Shown: positions 61,401-64,000 of the stretch, one piece after another
Numbering within the stretch: the stretch's first letter is position 1
Layout of the letters: the number at the start of each line of letters is the position of its first letter
The notes under the pieces: generated by a model
What the model was told of the DNA's origin: nothing
Databases searched by the model: none
The model's input: only the letters and a program-made list of their open reading frames with translations
DNA from: Tubiluchus corallicola
Taxonomy: Eukaryota; Animalia; Priapulida
Length of the DNA stretch: 64,000 bases
NCBI GenBank assembly: GCA_030141605.1
Contig: JAQGDQ010000187.1
Location: 186,001-250,000, forward strand
Reading direction: 5' to 3'
Position numbers and translations under genes: made by a program

Positions 61401-64000
61401 CATGTATAGAAATAAACATACATGGAATAGCTTTGATGTACTTTTTGTAGTTAGATGTGAAACCCACAAACGTTTTATAAAGCATTAAAAGTGTTTTACT
61501 ACATTAGGAAAAGAGTTTGGGCATTAGACAAAAACGAGCTAGCTTATGCAGGCATTAAATACTTTGTGAATCAGAGAGTTTTGCTGGGAAATTGTTCTGT
61601 GAGTGAGTGAACAGTATTCCCATTGCGTTCTTAGTTTTTTTTAGTACAAAGCCTTTTTGTAAAAGAGCCGAGTAAGCCATTCAATTAGTCTGGCAAACGC
61701 TATCATGGACGATAAACTATTGGTAATAGCTTCTTCATAATCCTTTTTACAAGCACTCCATCTCGAATATGTTTTTTAATTGAATAAGCAAATTAAATGA
61801 CAAATGTATAGTATCGAATTGCTTCAATGTAGATCCACTGAGTGTAGTGGGTAGTTCATTTATTCGGTTTATGTTCATTATCAGAAGCATTATAGCGAAA
61901 CTTACACCTTGATATTGATGTAGGTGTGAATTTATTGACGGCTGAAATTGTTTTGATTAACACTTCATAAACACCTGCGCTTGATCGTGCAATATTGCAG
62001 TAACACGTATTATCTCCAAATGTGAGATATGGACACGTTCTACCTGCTAATATTTGCTCACGTGTATGCAACGTTAGTTTCATAATTTGAAAGGTGTGTA
62101 AAGTTGCGTGCATCAATGATAAAAGGAGGGTTCCTTATTCAAATGGCGGTGAGTTTAATAATGATCTTTAACTGGTTTGCCTGTTTAAGAATCTAACAGT
62201 TGATCTACTAGTATTGATATGCTGCCTTTCCATTTACCTATATGTTTTTAAAGTAGTCTCACGCTGTAAATTCTGCAAATGAAGTATAACGAATTAGGAA
62301 CATTTCAAGTAGAAATTTACTAAAATATTTAAAAGACCGTATTATATTGACATTGTATGGCCGTCCTGCGGTTGATAAAATAACGTAGTATTTATGTCAT
62401 GTTTGAGTTGTTGCATTAGAAATTTAGAATATATAATCAATTATTTCTTATTACAAGGCTTTTGTGTATCTACATTTAATCAATCCTGTACCTGCGTATC
62501 TGACGCTCCAGCTTCGTTGAATTGTTATGCTACCTGCGACTTGCGCACAGCGGCTAGAGAAGCCAATGAGAAGAGATTCAAACAGATTCATGTTTTCAGA
62601 CTGCCGATAATTAAGATGTGGCGGATTAATTAAGCAAGCTTGTTTGTGTTGCATGCATATAGCAGCTGACAAAGAGCACACGAAGTTCAAGTTGGTAAGG
62701 TACTAAGGTAGTTTGTGTAAGGGATGAAAAGAAACTATACCTGTGCATAGGGATGTGGAGAGGCTTTTTGTTGTAGCGCTTGACAGTAATGTCTTGTATA
62801 TATACTACTCGGGAAACAAAATGGCAAGTGCTTGGCGAGAAACGAGGATATTTTTTAATATGGCTACGTGTAATAGATTAAAATGATCGTTTTTTGCATT
62901 TTAGTATTTGCTAGCATCTGGATTACATCAGAAGTGCTTCATGCAAGCATGCATACTTGCTGATAATTAACAGGCAGCATATCAATCTTTCTGAGAAAGC
63001 GATCGCTTCAATATATTGGTTTTGAATAAATTAAAATCCAGCCGGTTTTGCTTGGTGATAAATGACGCAATAGTTTTATGAAGATACTGAGGCTGTCAGC
63101 TCTTGCGTAATGTGATAAGATCCCGCCATCCCGTGGGCTGTTTGGTATTCGATCCCAAATCCGCATTAGACAAGTTAGCTGCACTAAGTCTTACTGTTTG
63201 TATGACGCTCGGTGTGTATGTACAGTATGGCACGCACCGCCAACATTCTGGAATGCGGTCGCTGATTGGCTTCGGGTAAAAACATTTCGAGTTCGATTCA
63301 AGTGGGTTTGGCTGCTGCCAGTGGAAGAAATCACGTTCAGCTGGGAGGAAAGACTCGCTCATTCCGAGCTCTGTGTTGAAATTATTGATAAACAAAGAAT
63401 TGCTGGAAAGTAAAATGCTTCGTTGAACTGTTAGCGCTGATTGTTTGATGTCAACGAGAGCTTGTTTTAAGGTGCAACTATGTGCGTTCCCGCCATGGCA
63501 GTAAAGTGAGTGAATTTGTGAGCTAGAAAACTGTGTTCTATTAGTATTCAGAAAATGTATCTCTTACTAGAAAGAGCAATCATTTTCAGAGTCTGTATGG
63601 CTAAGAATGTGCAGTTCTTTACAGATATCAAGCACCAATTCGGTATACATTCTTTACGAATGTTATTCTATTTATAAACTTTCGTTTGGTCCTAACCTGA
63701 GAAGGCGAACCATTTAGTTGTGATAAACGAACTGTTTTAAGCTTTTCAAATGTAATACTGGATATTGCAGTGTAGTTTATGGCTTCTAGTTATTTGACTC
63801 GGGAGACCGGTTGCGTGGTTTCACAAATGTTCAATCGTATATCTGCTGGGATTTCCGTTGTATATAAAAACACTCATGATAGTTTGATTTCCAAGTTTTA
63901 CAGCTACATTGCAGCCACTGCGCTTTGCCATCATAATAACAAAGACTTTGTTTTCGTGTGCAGTTAATAAAACATTTACTGGAAGAATTAATTATTCATT

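Noticed and set aside
63096-63413. GC-richer segment with ORFs on both strands and a GTTCGATTC B-box-like string
   Set aside because: No tRNA cloverleaf or recognisable protein. It may be promoter-like (CCAAT) but this is unsupported.

Overview
AT-rich, gene-poor eukaryotic genomic DNA, most likely from an invertebrate animal (inferred from TTAGGG-type repeats, CR1/L2-group LINEs, hAT/Kolobok/piggyBac/Harbinger-type non-autonomous elements and a 5S-derived SINE). Only one convincing intact coding region is present: a 337-aa ORF of unknown function at 25856-26869 (+). Its start follows a splice acceptor and its stop overlaps a perfect GTAAGT donor, so it may be one large exon of a bigger gene. 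The rest is decayed LINE fragments (about 50-700, 8.4-9.8k, 18.4-21.1k, 28.7-32.4k, 35.4-36.4k, 47.8-48.8k, 56.1-57.1k), MITEs with readable TIRs/TSDs, three copies of a 5S-rRNA-derived SINE, microsatellites, a decayed intron-containing gene with SAP- and PHD-like remnants, and candidate microexons. Nearly all short ORFs in the supplied track are repeat fragments or noise. No tRNA, rRNA, CRISPR or prokaryotic system was seen. All family assignments are by-eye motif recognition, not database results.
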